Shown one piece after another: positions 18,623 through 29,821 of a stretch of DNA of 64,000 nucleotides. Source of the DNA: Vulcanimicrobiota bacterium (GTDB lineage: Bacteria > Vulcanimicrobiota > Vulcanimicrobiia > Vulcanimicrobiales > Vulcanimicrobiaceae). The first letter of the stretch is position 1; every line of letters begins with the position of its first letter. Below the pieces are notes generated by a model. It was not told the DNA's origin and searched no databases. It worked only from the letters and a program-made list of their open reading frames with translations. The translations under genes and the position numbers were made by a program. Location of the stretch: contig OY970223.1 in NCBI GenBank assembly GCA_963714015.1, forward strand, positions 2,944,001 through 3,008,000, given 5' to 3'.

Positions 18623-19471
18623 CTCGTCGCGATGCGTTCGGCTGGGGCCCGGCAAACCGGCTGAGCGTTTTTCATTTTTGCGCTGATACATCTGCCGGTC
18701 CGCGAACTCGATCAAAGCCCCGTACTCCTGTGCATCAGACGGGTACATCGCAATGCCGACTGTCGCGCCGATGCTCGGCAACGGCACGCTGTTGCTGAAC
18801 GGCGCGCCGAGCACCGATTCGATCCCGATTGCAACGCGCTCGGCATGCAGCCGGTCGGGCACGTCTTCGAGCAGCACGACGAATTCATCGCCGCCCATGC
18901 GCCCCACCGTATCTACCGCGCGAACCGCATGTAAGAGCCGGCCGGCGACGTGCTGGAGCACGTGGTCACCCACCGTATGACCGTAGCGATCGTTGATCTC
19001 TTTGAAGCCGTCGAGATCCACGAACAGCAGCGCGACCTTCTTGCCGCGCTTTTCCGCGCGATCGAGGCCATTGTTAATGCGCTCCTGCAGTGAACGCCGG
19101 TTTGGGAGAGCGGTTAATGAGTCGGACCGTGCCGCCACCTCACTCTTGCGCAGCCGTTCGGACGTGAGAAGGATCGCTACGAGCGCCACAGCCAGGAACA
19201 ACGCGTCCGTGGGCATGGTCCATCGCACGAAAAACATGGGCGGCAAAATGTCATTGTCTAAAACCGCAAAGACCGCTGCGCACAACAGTGCGGTTACCAG
19301 CGCCAGACGGCGGCTTCCGAAAAACCCGATGAGCAGCAACGGAATAACCGAAAGAATTCCGATATGGATTTCGCCGACGAGGACGTCGATGGCCACGAGA
19401 GCGGCAAGCCCCGCGAACGCTGCGAGCAACCACCGGGTAGCCAAGGGGATCCGAATCAATAGCGCCTTCAT
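18581..19471 (-). CDS. Membrane-anchored diguanylate cyclase
   Basis: N-terminal TM helices; DSLTALPNR, DLDGFKEINDRYGH, RAVD I-site and GGDEF. Confidence 0.95.
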   Translation of the reverse strand: MKALLIRIPLATRWLLAAFAGLAALVAIDVLVGEIHIGILSVIPLLLIGFFGSRRLALVTALLCAAVFAVLDNDILPPMFFVRWTMPTDALFLAVALVAILLTSERLRKSEVAARSDSLTALPNRRSLQERINNGLDRAEKRGKKVALLFVDLDGFKEINDRYGHTVGDHVLQHVAGRLLHAVRAVDTVGRMGGDEFVVLLEDVPDRLHAERVAIGIESVLGAPFSNSVPLPSIGATVGIAMYPSDAQEYGALIEFADRQMYQRKNEKRSAGLPGPSRTHRDELTLELDPQRSETS

Positions 19472-19624
19472 CGAATTGAGGAATATTTAAGTCTGTCGTT
19501 CGGCTTTCGCCTATTCAGCCGGGACCAAAGAACTATTTAGCGGCCCGCACGGTGGAAAAAATTTCTCAGTAAACGCTCAGGACGCTGCTCTCGCTCGCCG
19601 CGTTACTGGTGCAAGGAGCCAACG

Positions 19625-20105
19625 ATGCATAAACTCTCACGCCTCATTCCGGTTGCCCTTGCCGCGGCTGCGCTCGCCGCGTGCAGTTCGGGCGGCAGTT
19701 CAAGCAGCCCCGTAAATCCATACCCCGGTCCTAACTACGGTCCCGGCGCTTGCGACCCCGGCACAAGCGTACAGGCTCGCAAATCCCGCGCCGTATCAGA
19801 CCGGCGTCAATCCGAACATCGGATCGATAACCATCGTCGCAAACGGCAACAACAACTCCCTCTATTCGGCGCCGGGCAACTGGCAGGTGGTAGTTCAGGA
19901 CAACTACGGCGACCAGCCCATCTTCGGTGCGCCGCTGCAGCCCATGCCGGATAAGAACGGTCCGCATCCTTACAGTTCGGACTTCTATTACTCGTCTTCG
20001 CTGCAAGGTCAGTCGCTCGAGCCCGGACTTACCTGGTACGCGTATCTTCAGCCGCTGAGCGGAAATTGCTCCACGCCGGTTCAGCTCGGAACGTTCCAGA
20101 CCTAA
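19625..20105 (+). CDS. Hypothetical lipoprotein (frameshift near 19778)
   Basis: LAAC lipobox, AAGGAG SD; continues in the frame of ORF 19887..20105. Confidence 0.7.
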
Positions 20106-20107
20106 CG

Positions 20108-21037
20108 TTAAATGAGCGAAATCTCGCGCGGCATCGTGAAGACTATCTCGGGTTCGGGCTTCCCGTACTCTTGAATCTCGAACTCGCCGATTTCACGAAG
20201 CCGCGCGACGATTGTCTGTACGAGATACTCCGGTGACGACGCGCCCGCGGTAACGCCGACGCGCTCCACGCCCCGGATCCATGCCGGATCGATTTGGCCG
20301 GCATCGTCGATCAAATAGGCGCGGGTTCCCAATTGCTGCGAAAGCTCGCCCAGCCGCAGCGAGTTGGAACTGTTCTCGGAACCTACCACCAGCAGCACGT
20401 CGCACCGGGGCGCTAGATCCCGCACTGCGTCCTGCCGGTTTTGGGTGGCGTAACAGATGTCGTCGCGAGCGGGAGTGCGCACCTTCGGAAAGCGCCGGCG
20501 CACGGCGTCCATGATGTCGCGCGTTTCGTCCACGCTCAGCGTCGTCTGCGTGATGACGGCGACGCGTTCTTCGTCCGGAACGCTCAAATGCGCGACGCTT
20601 TCGGCGTCCTCGACGAGCGTGATTCGATCGGGAATTTCTCCCATCGTCCCGATGACCTCGTCATGATCGGCATGCCCGATCAGCAGAACGTGCAGTCCCG
20701 CCTTGGCAAACTTTATCGCCTCGTAGTGCACTTTCGAGACAAGCGGGCACGTCGCATCGATTACGCGCAGCCGTCGATCGCGCGCCATGCGCCGCACTTC
20801 GGGCGAGATGCCGTGGGCGCTGAAAACCAAAATCGCGCCTTCGGGAGCTTCGTCCACTTCCTCGACGAAAACCGCCCCGCGGCTGCGCAGCCGTTCGACG
20901 ACCTCGCGATTGTGCACGATTTCCTTGCGGACGTAGACGGGTCCGCCGTGCTGATCGAGCAACCGATCCACCACCGCGATGGCGCGATCGACTCCCGCAC
21001 AGCAACCGCGCGGATTCGCCAACATCATCTTCTGCAT
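20108..21037 (-). CDS. ispH: 4-hydroxy-3-methylbut-2-enyl diphosphate reductase
   Basis: PRGCCAGVDRA, IVHN, FSAHG, DATCPLV, ICYATQNRQ, GVTAGASSPE. Confidence 0.97.
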   Translation of the reverse strand: MQKMMLANPRGCCAGVDRAIAVVDRLLDQHGGPVYVRKEIVHNREVVERLRSRGAVFVEEVDEAPEGAILVFSAHGISPEVRRMARDRRLRVIDATCPLVSKVHYEAIKFAKAGLHVLLIGHADHDEVIGTMGEIPDRITLVEDAESVAHLSVPDEERVAVITQTTLSVDETRDIMDAVRRRFPKVRTPARDDICYATQNRQDAVRDLAPRCDVLLVVGSENSSNSLRLGELSQQLGTRAYLIDDAGQIDPAWIRGVERVGVTAGASSPEYLVQTIVARLREIGEFEIQEYGKPEPEIVFTMPREISLI

Positions 21038-21266
21038 CTCTGAAAGGATGTTGCCTCCGTTCCCGATATACCCCTCCGGCCTTTTTCCGCGAGGCCACGC
21101 GATGAAAGTCGCATCTCCTGGTGCGGCATAGAGGCGGCACCGCGCAGCCCACTGCTCGGCGGCACCTAACCGGAAGACCCCGGGGGAAGCCCCCGCTTAG
21201 TGGGAATATATCGTCCAGCGACCGCATCGAGGGCGTTTTTTAGCACTTCTCTGGAGGACCGCGCAG

Positions 21267-22634
21267 ATGCATAACCGGATCGTTCTTACCGCATGCGCAG
21301 CGGCGTCTGCCTTTTTGGCTGCGTGCAGTTCGAACTCGGGAGCCGGAAGCCCGATCAGCCCCATGGCCGCCAACAGCGGGGCCATTCCCTCTAAACAACA
21401 GCCGTACCGTTTCCACGGGATCGATCACATCGTGATCATCGTTCAAGAAAACCGCACGCCGGACAATCTCTTTCAGGGACTTCCCGGAGCCGATATCGCA
21501 AGCTCCGGCCTGAACAGCGAAGGTCAAACCATTGCGCTTCAGCCCATTCCACTCGCGAGCAAGTACGACGTCTCTCACACGCACGCGGCGTTCCTGCAGA
21601 TGTACGACAACGGCAAGATGGACGGCGCTAATTTGGAGTTGACCACGTGCGGAAATTCCTGTCCTTATCAAAATCCCCAATACGGCTACGTGCCGTCAAG
21701 CGAGGTTCAGCCCTACCTGCAATTGGCGGAGCAATTCACGTTCGCCGACCGCATGTTCCAAACGAACGAGGGGCCTAGCTTCCCAGCGCATCAATATATT
21801 ATCGCGGGAACGTCGGAACCCAAAGACGGCAGCGACCTGCTCGCCGCCGAGAATCCTAAACTTTGGAGCAGCGGCAACGCAGTGGCCGGCTGCACCGCAC
21901 CGGCCAAAGAGCGAGTCGCGATGATCGATCCGTACGGCAACGAAAACACGCTGCAGTATCCGTGTTTCGATCATGAGACGCTGATGGATCTACTCGACGA
22001 GGGTTCCATCTCGTGGAAGTACTACGCAAATCAGGCCAACGGGATCTGGACCGGTCCAAACGCAATCTCGCATCTGCGCTTTGGCAACGACTGGAACAAC
22101 GTCGATCTGAAACCAAGCGACGTGCTGACTGACATTCAGAACAACAATCTCGCGCAGGTCTCTTGGGTCATGCCGACGGTCCTCGCATCGGACCATGCCA
22201 AAGTCACGAACGGCAGCGGACCTTCTTGGGTTGGATCCGTCGTCAACGCGATAGGGCAGAGTCCCTACTGGCGGAATACGGCGATCTTCGTCGTGTGGGA
22301 CGACTGGGGCGGCTGGTACGATCACGTCGCTCCGCCGAACATCTACAACTCGTACGAGCTCGGCTTCCGCGTGCCGCTCATCGTGATCTCGCCGTACGCA
22401 AAGCCCCATTACGTCTCCCATGTGACGCACGAGTTCGGAAGCATCCTCAAGTACGTCGAGGAGAATTTCAATCTTCCGTCGCTGGGCTACACGGATGAGC
22501 GGGCCGACGATCTGTCCGATTGCTTCGACTACAACCAGCATGCCATTCAGTACAAGGCAGTCAAGACGCAGTACAATGCCGAGTACTTCATCCGCAACTG
22601 GAGCAAGGGACGCGACCTTCCTGAGGACTACTAA
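21267..22634 (+). CDS. Phosphoesterase (phospholipase C/acid phosphatase family) lipoprotein
   Basis: LAAC lipobox; [49 protein letters not shown]. Confidence 0.9.
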   Translation: MHNRIVLTACAAASAFLAACSSNSGAGSPISPMAANSGAIPSKQQPYRFHGIDHIVIIVQENRTPDNLFQGLPGADIASSGLNSEGQTIALQPIPLASKYDVSHTHAAFLQMYDNGKMDGANLELTTCGNSCPYQNPQYGYVPSSEVQPYLQLAEQFTFADRMFQTNEGPSFPAHQYIIAGTSEPKDGSDLLAAENPKLWSSGNAVAGCTAPAKERVAMIDPYGNENTLQYPCFDHETLMDLLDEGSISWKYYANQANGIWTGPNAISHLRFGNDWNNVDLKPSDVLTDIQNNNLAQVSWVMPTVLASDHAKVTNGSGPSWVGSVVNAIGQSPYWRNTAIFVVWDDWGGWYDHVAPPNIYNSYELGFRVPLIVISPYAKPHYVSHVTHEFGSILKYVEENFNLPSLGYTDERADDLSDCFDYNQHAIQYKAVKTQYNAEYFIRNWSKGRDLPEDY

Positions 22635-22645
22635 CATACGCAGAC

Positions 22646-22672
22646 GGGGACGCGCCGGCAAGCGTCCCCTTT
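22646..22672 (+). terminator. Intrinsic terminator
   Basis: GGGGACGC-loop-GCGTCCCCTTT. Confidence 0.65.
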
Positions 22673-22772
22673 CCGCCTAGCCCGGTCTGCGGCGGGGAAC
22701 ATCCATCATCAACATGTCGATTGATGCACCCGCCGTGTCCGCGACGCAGACGCTCTGAAGCACCGCCGCAGG

Positions 22773-23990
22773 TTGATCGTCGCCCGCCTGCGCCAGATGG
22801 CGCCGGGCATCGTTTCAGCCGCGTCCGACAACGATCCAACGACCGTTGCATCACTCGCCGTGATCGGATCGAGCACGGTTTACGGCCTGTCGTGGCTCGT
22901 GCTGCTGGCGATTCCGATGCTTGCCGTAGTGCAGGGCGTGAGCACTTACTTAGGGACCGTCTCCAAGGCCGGACTCGAAGATCTGATTCGCCGCAGGTAC
23001 GGCAAGACGGCCGCGCTCGTCTTGCTCCTGTCGGTACTCATCGTAAACGTGCTCACCTTCGCGGCAGATTTGGAAGGCGGCGGCGCCGCCTTGTCGCTCC
23101 TGAGCGGCATCGACTACCGCTGGTGGATCGTGCCGCTGGCCGTTATCTCATCGGCACTCCTCATTTTGGGAACCTACCGCAAAGTCGAACGCGTGCTGGT
23201 GTTCATTCCGCTTGCGTTCATCGCTTATGTTATCGCGGCCGTCATGGCGCATCCCGATTGGGGCGCCGTGCTTCGCGCCTCGTTCGTCCCGCACTTTGGA
23301 AGGTCGGCTGCGTATACGTCCGGTGCGATTGCCTTATTGGGTACGACGTTGACGGCATATGCGTATCTTTGGCAACAAATCGAGATGTCCGAAGAGGCGC
23401 CGCCGCTGCGCCGCTTGGGACTCGTACAAGTGGACGCGACGGTAGGAGCAATCGCCGCAGGCATCACGTTTTGGTTCATTACGATTGCCACCGGAGCAAC
23501 GCTCGGGGTGCGTCATCAAGTAGTCAATACCGCATCCCAGGCCGCTTCGGCGCTCGCGCCGGTTGCGGGACGTTTTGCCGAAATAATCTTCGGCATCGGT
23601 CTGCTCGGTTCGGCGCTGCTTGCGCTCCCGGTTTTGCTTGCGACGTCGGCGTACTTGGTCAGCCAGCTGTTCGGTTGGGCCGGTAAACTCGACGCTCGTT
23701 TCTTTCAGGCGCCGCGCTTCTATCTCACGATGCTCGGCGTCTGCGCTGCGGGGTGCGCGATCGGCTTCGGCGGCGTGGGGCCGATTCATTTGCTGTTCGC
23801 CAGCTCCATCGCGGGAGGCATCGCAACGCCGATCTCTCTGGTGTTTCTTCTGCTTTCGGCGGGCGAGCGGAGCAACCGCGGTCCCGTTCCGATCAAGCGG
23901 TGGCTGCTCGTCTGCGGATGGATTACGGCGATCGTGGTGACCGCTTCCGCCGCCGCATTCCTCTATCAGACCATGACCGGGAATTCATGA
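22773..23990 (+). CDS. NRAMP-related divalent metal transporter (true start possibly near 22713 via frameshift)
   Basis: APGIVSAASDNDPTT and ALLGTTLTAY; about 11 TM helices. Confidence 0.85.
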   Translation: MIVARLRQMAPGIVSAASDNDPTTVASLAVIGSSTVYGLSWLVLLAIPMLAVVQGVSTYLGTVSKAGLEDLIRRRYGKTAALVLLLSVLIVNVLTFAADLEGGGAALSLLSGIDYRWWIVPLAVISSALLILGTYRKVERVLVFIPLAFIAYVIAAVMAHPDWGAVLRASFVPHFGRSAAYTSGAIALLGTTLTAYAYLWQQIEMSEEAPPLRRLGLVQVDATVGAIAAGITFWFITIATGATLGVRHQVVNTASQAASALAPVAGRFAEIIFGIGLLGSALLALPVLLATSAYLVSQLFGWAGKLDARFFQAPRFYLTMLGVCAAGCAIGFGGVGPIHLLFASSIAGGIATPISLVFLLLSAGERSNRGPVPIKRWLLVCGWITAIVVTASAAAFLYQTMTGNS

Positions 23991-25147
23991 TCGATCCGGA
24001 ACAGCGCGCGCGCGAAATGCACGTGCGGCGCTATGGCGATGCGCCAAAGGTTGCCGTTGCTCCGGGACGCGTCAATCTCATAGGCGAGCACACCGATTAC
24101 AACGACGGTTTCGTTCTGCCGATGGCTATCGATCGCCGGACGGCCGCCGCATTCAGCGCGCGCGACGACGGCGCCGTGCGGATCTACTCGTGCGAATTCG
24201 ACGACGAAGTGAGCTTCCGGCTGAACGATCGACCGCCGAGCTCCGCACACGAATGGACGTCCTATACGCGCGGTATGGCGTTCGCTCTGCGCGACCGCGG
24301 CTATTCGCTGAAAGGAGCCGAGGTCACCGTTGCCTCGAACGTTCCAATCGGCGCCGGGCTTTCTTCCTCCGCTTCTCTTGAAGTAGCGGTGGGAAAGGCG
24401 CTCGCCGCAAATGCCGGCTTGCAATTGGATCCGCGCCAGCTCGCCCTCATCGCGCAGGGCTGCGAGCATCGCTTTGCCGGAGTTCTGACCGGAATCATGG
24501 ATCAGCTCACGGCGACTTCAGCCAAAGCAGGACACGCGCTGCTGATCGATTGCCGGACGCTGAACTGCGAGCCCGTGCCCGTTCCCGATCGCTGGAGCGT
24601 AGCTATCTGCGACTCACTGGTTCATCACGACCTGGGCGCTTCGCAATACAACGAGCGCCGGCGGGACTGCGAAACTGCGCGTGACGTCCTCGCGTCGAGT
24701 TATCCCAACGTGCGGGCTCTGAGGGATGCCGATCTCGAAATGCTGGACTCGGTAAAGGCTTCGATGGACGAACGCATCTACCGCCGCGCGCTTCACGTCA
24801 TCGGCGAAAACGCCCGAACGATTGAAGCATCGCAGGCGTTGCGAAATGCGGACGGCGCGCGTTTCGGCGAGCTGATGCGCCGGTCGCATGCCTCACTTCA
24901 CGAGCTGTACGAAGTAACGATTCCGGAGCTCGATGCGCTCGCCCAAACGTGCGCCCAAGTCCCCGGCGTCTACGGCGCGCGGATGACCGGAGGCGGTTTC
25001 GGCGGCTGCGTCGTTGCGGTTATGGAGCGCGGGGCAGAGCAGCGCATGATCGATTGCGTTACGGCGGCCTATTATCGGCCCAAGCAGAAAGACGCCGCTG
25101 TTTGGCTGGTGCAGCCGAGCGCGGGCGCTTCGCTCTACTCGACGTAA
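23987..25147 (+). CDS. galK: Galactokinase
   Basis: APGRVNLIGEHTDYNDGFVLPMAI, PIGAGLSSSAS, GIMDQ, GARMTGGGFGGC. Confidence 0.96.
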   Translation: MIDPEQRAREMHVRRYGDAPKVAVAPGRVNLIGEHTDYNDGFVLPMAIDRRTAAAFSARDDGAVRIYSCEFDDEVSFRLNDRPPSSAHEWTSYTRGMAFALRDRGYSLKGAEVTVASNVPIGAGLSSSASLEVAVGKALAANAGLQLDPRQLALIAQGCEHRFAGVLTGIMDQLTATSAKAGHALLIDCRTLNCEPVPVPDRWSVAICDSLVHHDLGASQYNERRRDCETARDVLASSYPNVRALRDADLEMLDSVKASMDERIYRRALHVIGENARTIEASQALRNADGARFGELMRRSHASLHELYEVTIPELDALAQTCAQVPGVYGARMTGGGFGGCVVAVMERGAEQRMIDCVTAAYYRPKQKDAAVWLVQPSAGASLYST

Positions 25148-25377
25148 TTCTCTACGACGTTTGCGGGGCGCATCTGTGCAGCCTCGGGGTTCCCTCCGGT
25201 TTCGCGCAACGCGCGCCGCTGCCGCAGCAAGTCGTAGTAACGGTCGAGCTGCACGTTGATCTCGTCAAGCCGCTTTCGCTCTTCGGACTTCAGAGCGCGA
25301 TCGTCTCCGAGCGCCCAGAGCCGCTCCTCTTCTCCAACCAATTGCTCGATGTGCGTCTGCACTTCTTTATCGTTCAT
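25135..25377 (-). CDS. DUF2630-family protein
   Basis: IEQLVGEE...LDRYYDLLRQRRALR..G.NP..A..RP..VVENY. Confidence 0.85.
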   Translation of the reverse strand: MNDKEVQTHIEQLVGEEERLWALGDDRALKSEERKRLDEINVQLDRYYDLLRQRRALRETGGNPEAAQMRPANVVENYVE

Positions 25378-26249
25378 CGTGAGCTCCGTGATGCGTGCTG
25401 ACGGGCTGTTCGAGCCCCAAACGGACGCGGTCCTCCAGGGTCAGTTCGATCGAGGCGGCCGCGACGTTCTCTTCCAAATGCCCTAACGACGAAGTCCCCG
25501 GGATCGGCAGAACCGCCGGCGAGCGATGGAGCAGCCACGCCAGCCCGATTTGAAACATCGTTGCACCGTGAGATTTGGATACCACTTGCAACTCCGTATC
25601 GTCGGCAAGGTCGCCGGCGCCGAGCGGAAAGTACGGAATGAATGCGATCTGATTACGTTCGCAGTAGGCGATGATCCGGTCGTTCTCACCCCGGTTGTGG
25701 ATGTTATAGAGATTCTGCACCGAGGCAACGCGCACGATCTTCTCGGCTTCCAGCAGCTGTTGGAAGCTCGACGTTCGAGAGCCCGGCGTGCTGGATCTTG
25801 CCCTCGACGCTCAAGTCGCGCAGGGCGCCGACTTGATCCGGCCAAGGCACTTTGGAATCGACTGCATGCAGTTGGTAGAGGGAAATGCGATCGAGTTTCA
25901 GACGCTTGAGGCTCGCCTCAGCGCACGCTTTCAGGCGTTCGGGGCGGCAATCGCGCGACCACTGTCCGGGACCGCTGCGCACTGAGCCGCCTTTCGTGGC
26001 GATGACTAAATCGGCCGGATACGGATACAGCGCCTGCGCGATCTGCTCTTCGTTCACTTCAGGGCCGTATGCGTCGGCGGTATCGATGAAATTGACGCCG
26101 AGTTGCACCGCGCGCCGCAGGACGCGCAGCGCGTTCTCGCGGTCCGCCGGCCATCCCCATACGCCCGGACCGCACAGCCGCATAGCGCCGTAGCCCATGC
26201 GGTTTACCGTCAGATCTCCGCCGACCGTTAGCGTTTTAACCATTGACAA
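25367..26249 (-). CDS. Aldo/keto reductase (frameshift near 25765)
   Basis: [43 protein letters not shown]. Confidence 0.9.
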
Positions 26250-27093
26250 TCGTTCCGCCGTTCACGTGAATCGTCTGCCCGGTAATGTACGAAGCGCGCG
26301 AAGAGAGCAGGAAAACTACGGCTTCGGCAACTTCGTACGGCTGACCCGCGCGCTTCATCGGCACGTCTTTGCCGAATTCGGCGACTTTCTCGGCGGGAAA
26401 CGTCGCCGGAATCAAGGGCGTCCAAATTGGGCCCGGGGCTACGGCGTTGACGCGCACGCCTTTCTCGGCGACGGCTAGGGCGAGCGAGCGAGTAAATGCT
26501 ACGATCGCGCCCTTCGTGGCGGAGTAGTCGATGAGCTGCGGACTGCCTTTATATGCATTGACCGACGCGTTATTGACGATTGCGCCGCGCTGCCTTCGCA
26601 GATGCGGGAGCGCGGCTTGGCTCAGGTAGAACTGCGCGAGGATGTTCGTGCGAAACGTCTTCTCCAGATTGTCGAACGTCATGCTTTCGAACTCTTCCTC
26701 CGGATGCTGCTCGCCGGCATTGTTGAACAAACCGTCAAGGCGGTCAAACGCGCGCACCGTTTCGGCAACGAGCCTGCGGCAGTGTTCCGGATCGCCGATA
26801 TCTCCCGAAAGCGTTAAGCACTTGCCGCCCGCGGACTCGACGAGATGTTTCGTTTCAGACGCGTCCTCGTGCTCGTCCAAAAAGCCGAACGCCACCGTGG
26901 CGCCTTCACGCGCCGCGTTCACTGCCACGGCGCGGCCGATACCGCTGTCGCCTCCGGTAATCAGGAGCACCTTGCCGCCAAGCATTGCCGCGGGATGATG
27001 TTCGGAATTCTCATACTGCGGCGGCGGCTGCATCTGCGACTCAATGCCGGGCTGCCGCTCCTGATGCTGGGGCGGCGGTTTCTGCTCTGCCAT
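26236..27093 (-). CDS. SDR oxidoreductase (YdaD/YhdF general-stress type)
   Basis: [18 protein letters not shown]-terminus; [30 protein letters not shown]. Confidence 0.92.
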   Translation of the reverse strand: MAEQKPPPQHQERQPGIESQMQPPPQYENSEHHPAAMLGGKVLLITGGDSGIGRAVAVNAAREGATVAFGFLDEHEDASETKHLVESAGGKCLTLSGDIGDPEHCRRLVAETVRAFDRLDGLFNNAGEQHPEEEFESMTFDNLEKTFRTNILAQFYLSQAALPHLRRQRGAIVNNASVNAYKGSPQLIDYSATKGAIVAFTRSLALAVAEKGVRVNAVAPGPIWTPLIPATFPAEKVAEFGKDVPMKRAGQPYEVAEAVVFLLSSRASYITGQTIHVNGGTIVNG

Positions 27094-27196
27094 ACCGCGT
27101 CGTATACCCCATCACTGTCGAGAACTGTCTCATCGCGCACCGCCGAAGCCTCCTGAAGGTAGGCTTCGCACCCTCGCGGCGCAAAAAGGCCTTGCC

Positions 27197-28921
27197 GTGA
27201 CCGACCAAGCGCCCAAAACACCGTTACCGGAACTGCGCCATACGGCTGCGCACGTGCTCGCCTACGCCGTGCAGGATCTGTTTCCCGAGGCCAAGCCGAC
27301 GATCGGACCGGCGATCGAGAACGGCTTTTATTACGACTTCGATCGCGAGCAGCCGTTCACTCCGGAAGATCTGGAGCGCCTGGAAGGGCGCATGCACGAG
27401 ATCGTCAATGCGGGCTATGAGATGACCGGTCGCAAAGTCAGCCGCGACGAAGCGATCGAGCGTTTCAAAGACAATCCGTACAAAGCCGAAATCGCGCGCG
27501 AGATTCCCGAAGGTGAACCGATTACGCTCTATACGATCGGCGAGTTCACGGATCTTTGCCGCGGGGGTCACGCTCACTCGACCAGGGAGATCGGTGGTCT
27601 GAAGTTGACCACCGTCGCAGGCGCGTACTGGCGCGGCGACGAGCATAATCCGATGCTCCAGCGGATTTACGGCACGGCGTGGCACACGCGCGAGGAATTG
27701 GACCATTACCTTCAGCAGCTCGAAGAAGCGCAGCGGCGCGATCATCGCAAACTGGGTGTCGAACTGGACCTCTTCAGCATTCAAGAAGAGGCAGGAGGCG
27801 GACTGGTCTTTTGGCATCCCAAAGGCGCGGTGATGCGCGGAATCGTTGAAAACTTCATTCGCGAAGGCTTGCGCGAGCGCGGGTATCAGCCGGTGGTCAC
27901 GCCTCACGTCGTCAGCGAAAAACTCTACGAGATCTCGGGGCACTTAGAGAACTTCGGCGAGAACATGTTCGGCGCTCTGGAAGTCGAGGAGCAGCGCTTC
28001 CGGCTCAAGCCGATGAACTGTCCGGGTCACATTCTCATTTACAAGACGCATCTGCACAGTTACCGCGAACTTCCGATCCGCTACTCGGAATTCGGAACGG
28101 TGTACCGGTTCGAACGAAGCGGCGTGCTTCACGGGCTTACGCGCGTGCGGGGTTTCACGCAAGACGACGCGCATCTGTTCTGCACCGAAGATCAATTGCA
28201 AGGAGAGTTCGAACAGACGCTGGATGAGGCGCTGCGTTTGATGCACGCGTTCGGGTTCAGCGAATTCGAGTATTTTCTCTCGACTCGCGAAGAGCGCTTG
28301 CGCGAGGAGACCGACCCCGTTGCCGAACAGGCGATTCGCAAGGCGCTCGAAAGCCGCGGGCTTGCGTACCAAGTGGACGCCGGCGGCGGCGCGTTCTACG
28401 GTCCCAAGCTGGACATTAACGTGCGCGACGCCATCGGCCGCAAGTGGCAGCTCGGCACGGTGCAAGTCGACTTCGTCCTGCCCAAGCGCTTCGATCTCAA
28501 ATATCGATCGGCGGAGGGGGACCGGACTCCGGTCATGATTCATCGGGCCTTAGCCGGATCGCTCGAGCGCTTCTTCGGGATACTCATCGAGCATTATGGC
28601 GGCAACTTCCCGGCGTGGCTGGCCCCGGTTCAGGCCGTGGTGGCGCCTATCAGCGAACACCAGATCGACTATGCGGGGCAAGTGAGAGACCGATTAGTTT
28701 CGGCGGGCCTAAGAGTGGAAATCGACGAGTCGAACGAAAAACTCGGTTACAAAATCCGGCATTGGAAAACCCAGAAGGTGCCGTATATACTGGTCGTCGG
28801 AAAGCAAGAGGCCGCGGAGGGTACGGTCAACGTCAACGAGCGCGGCACCGAAGCCAAGCGCACGATTTCCGCGGACGAATTCACTCAAGAGCTGCTCGCA
28901 AAGGTCAAATCCAAAGCATGA
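27197..28921 (+). CDS. thrS: Threonyl-tRNA synthetase (no N-terminal TGS domain)
   Basis: RHTAAHVLA, DLCRGGH, RDHRKLG, KPMNCPGH, RVRGFTQDDAH, FYGPKLD. Confidence 0.97.
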   Translation: MTDQAPKTPLPELRHTAAHVLAYAVQDLFPEAKPTIGPAIENGFYYDFDREQPFTPEDLERLEGRMHEIVNAGYEMTGRKVSRDEAIERFKDNPYKAEIAREIPEGEPITLYTIGEFTDLCRGGHAHSTREIGGLKLTTVAGAYWRGDEHNPMLQRIYGTAWHTREELDHYLQQLEEAQRRDHRKLGVELDLFSIQEEAGGGLVFWHPKGAVMRGIVENFIREGLRERGYQPVVTPHVVSEKLYEISGHLENFGENMFGALEVEEQRFRLKPMNCPGHILIYKTHLHSYRELPIRYSEFGTVYRFERSGVLHGLTRVRGFTQDDAHLFCTEDQLQGEFEQTLDEALRLMHAFGFSEFEYFLSTREERLREETDPVAEQAIRKALESRGLAYQVDAGGGAFYGPKLDINVRDAIGRKWQLGTVQVDFVLPKRFDLKYRSAEGDRTPVMIHRALAGSLERFFGILIEHYGGNFPAWLAPVQAVVAPISEHQIDYAGQVRDRLVSAGLRVEIDESNEKLGYKIRHWKTQKVPYILVVGKQEAAEGTVNVNERGTEAKRTISADEFTQELLAKVKSKA

Positions 28922-29821
28922 AATCCGATGCACGCGTACTCTTTATCGCCGGCGCGCTCGCCCTTGGGGCGTGCTCGGGTAACTTCAGCTCGGGCACCGG
29001 AATGCCGCAATCAGCGGGCATGCCTCCCGTTAACTCCTCGCCTATGCCGCCCAACGGTCAGAACGGCCTTCCCTCACAGTCGAACGGACAATCCAGCCCG
29101 CCGCCGCCGGGCACTTATGCCGTCGCTCAGGCGCAGACGGGTTTTGCGTGCCCATCGACGACCGAGGGCTATGATTGCACGCTGAAATTCAATATGCCGG
29201 CGGCCACGCCCAGCCCGAAGCCAGGCGCTAAAGCCAAGTCGACGCCGACCCCAACGCCGACTCCGACACCAACCCCCTCGCCGCAGCCCTCGGCTTCGTC
29301 TGAGGAGGGCGACGAGTCGCCCTCGCCCAGTCCCTCGCCCGCCGGTCCTTCCGTTACGCTAAAGGCGGAGGCCCAGCCCAAGGGCGCGCCGGCCATGGTC
29401 CATACGCCGCCGAATTCGCTGGACGTCGTGCCGCTGATGATGGTGTCGATTACCGCTAACGGCGATTTCCCGATCGACGGCAATGCGGTCGCGCAGTTCA
29501 CGCTGCCCAAAGAACAAATCGAGGGACGGGGCTTCGCAGTGCAGCTGTTCCAAGAGACGAGCGCCCACCGGCGCACAAACTACCAGCCGGTGTGGACGTT
29601 CGACAAATCCTATTTGAGCAATGACACGCTTACATTCAATTACACGCCCCCGAAGATGACGATCGCCAAGGGAAGCACCTACGTGCTCGTGCTATACGGC
29701 GACGACAAATCGAAGCAGAGTCCCAGCCCCAAGCCGACCGCAACGCCCAAGCCGACCACGCCGCCGAGCGGCTCTCCCGCACCGAGCGCCTCGCCTACAC
29801 TCACAGCCCGACGGCGAGTGA
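28918..29821 (+). CDS. Pro/Thr/Ser-rich lipoprotein (probable frameshift near 29790)
   Basis: LGAC lipobox; PT-repeat linkers; alternative frame ends PDGE* overlapping the MFS GTG. Confidence 0.7.

Noticed and set aside
29241..29290. Hexamer-period repeats
   Set aside because: Synonymously varied Pro-Thr linker codons in a lipoprotein.
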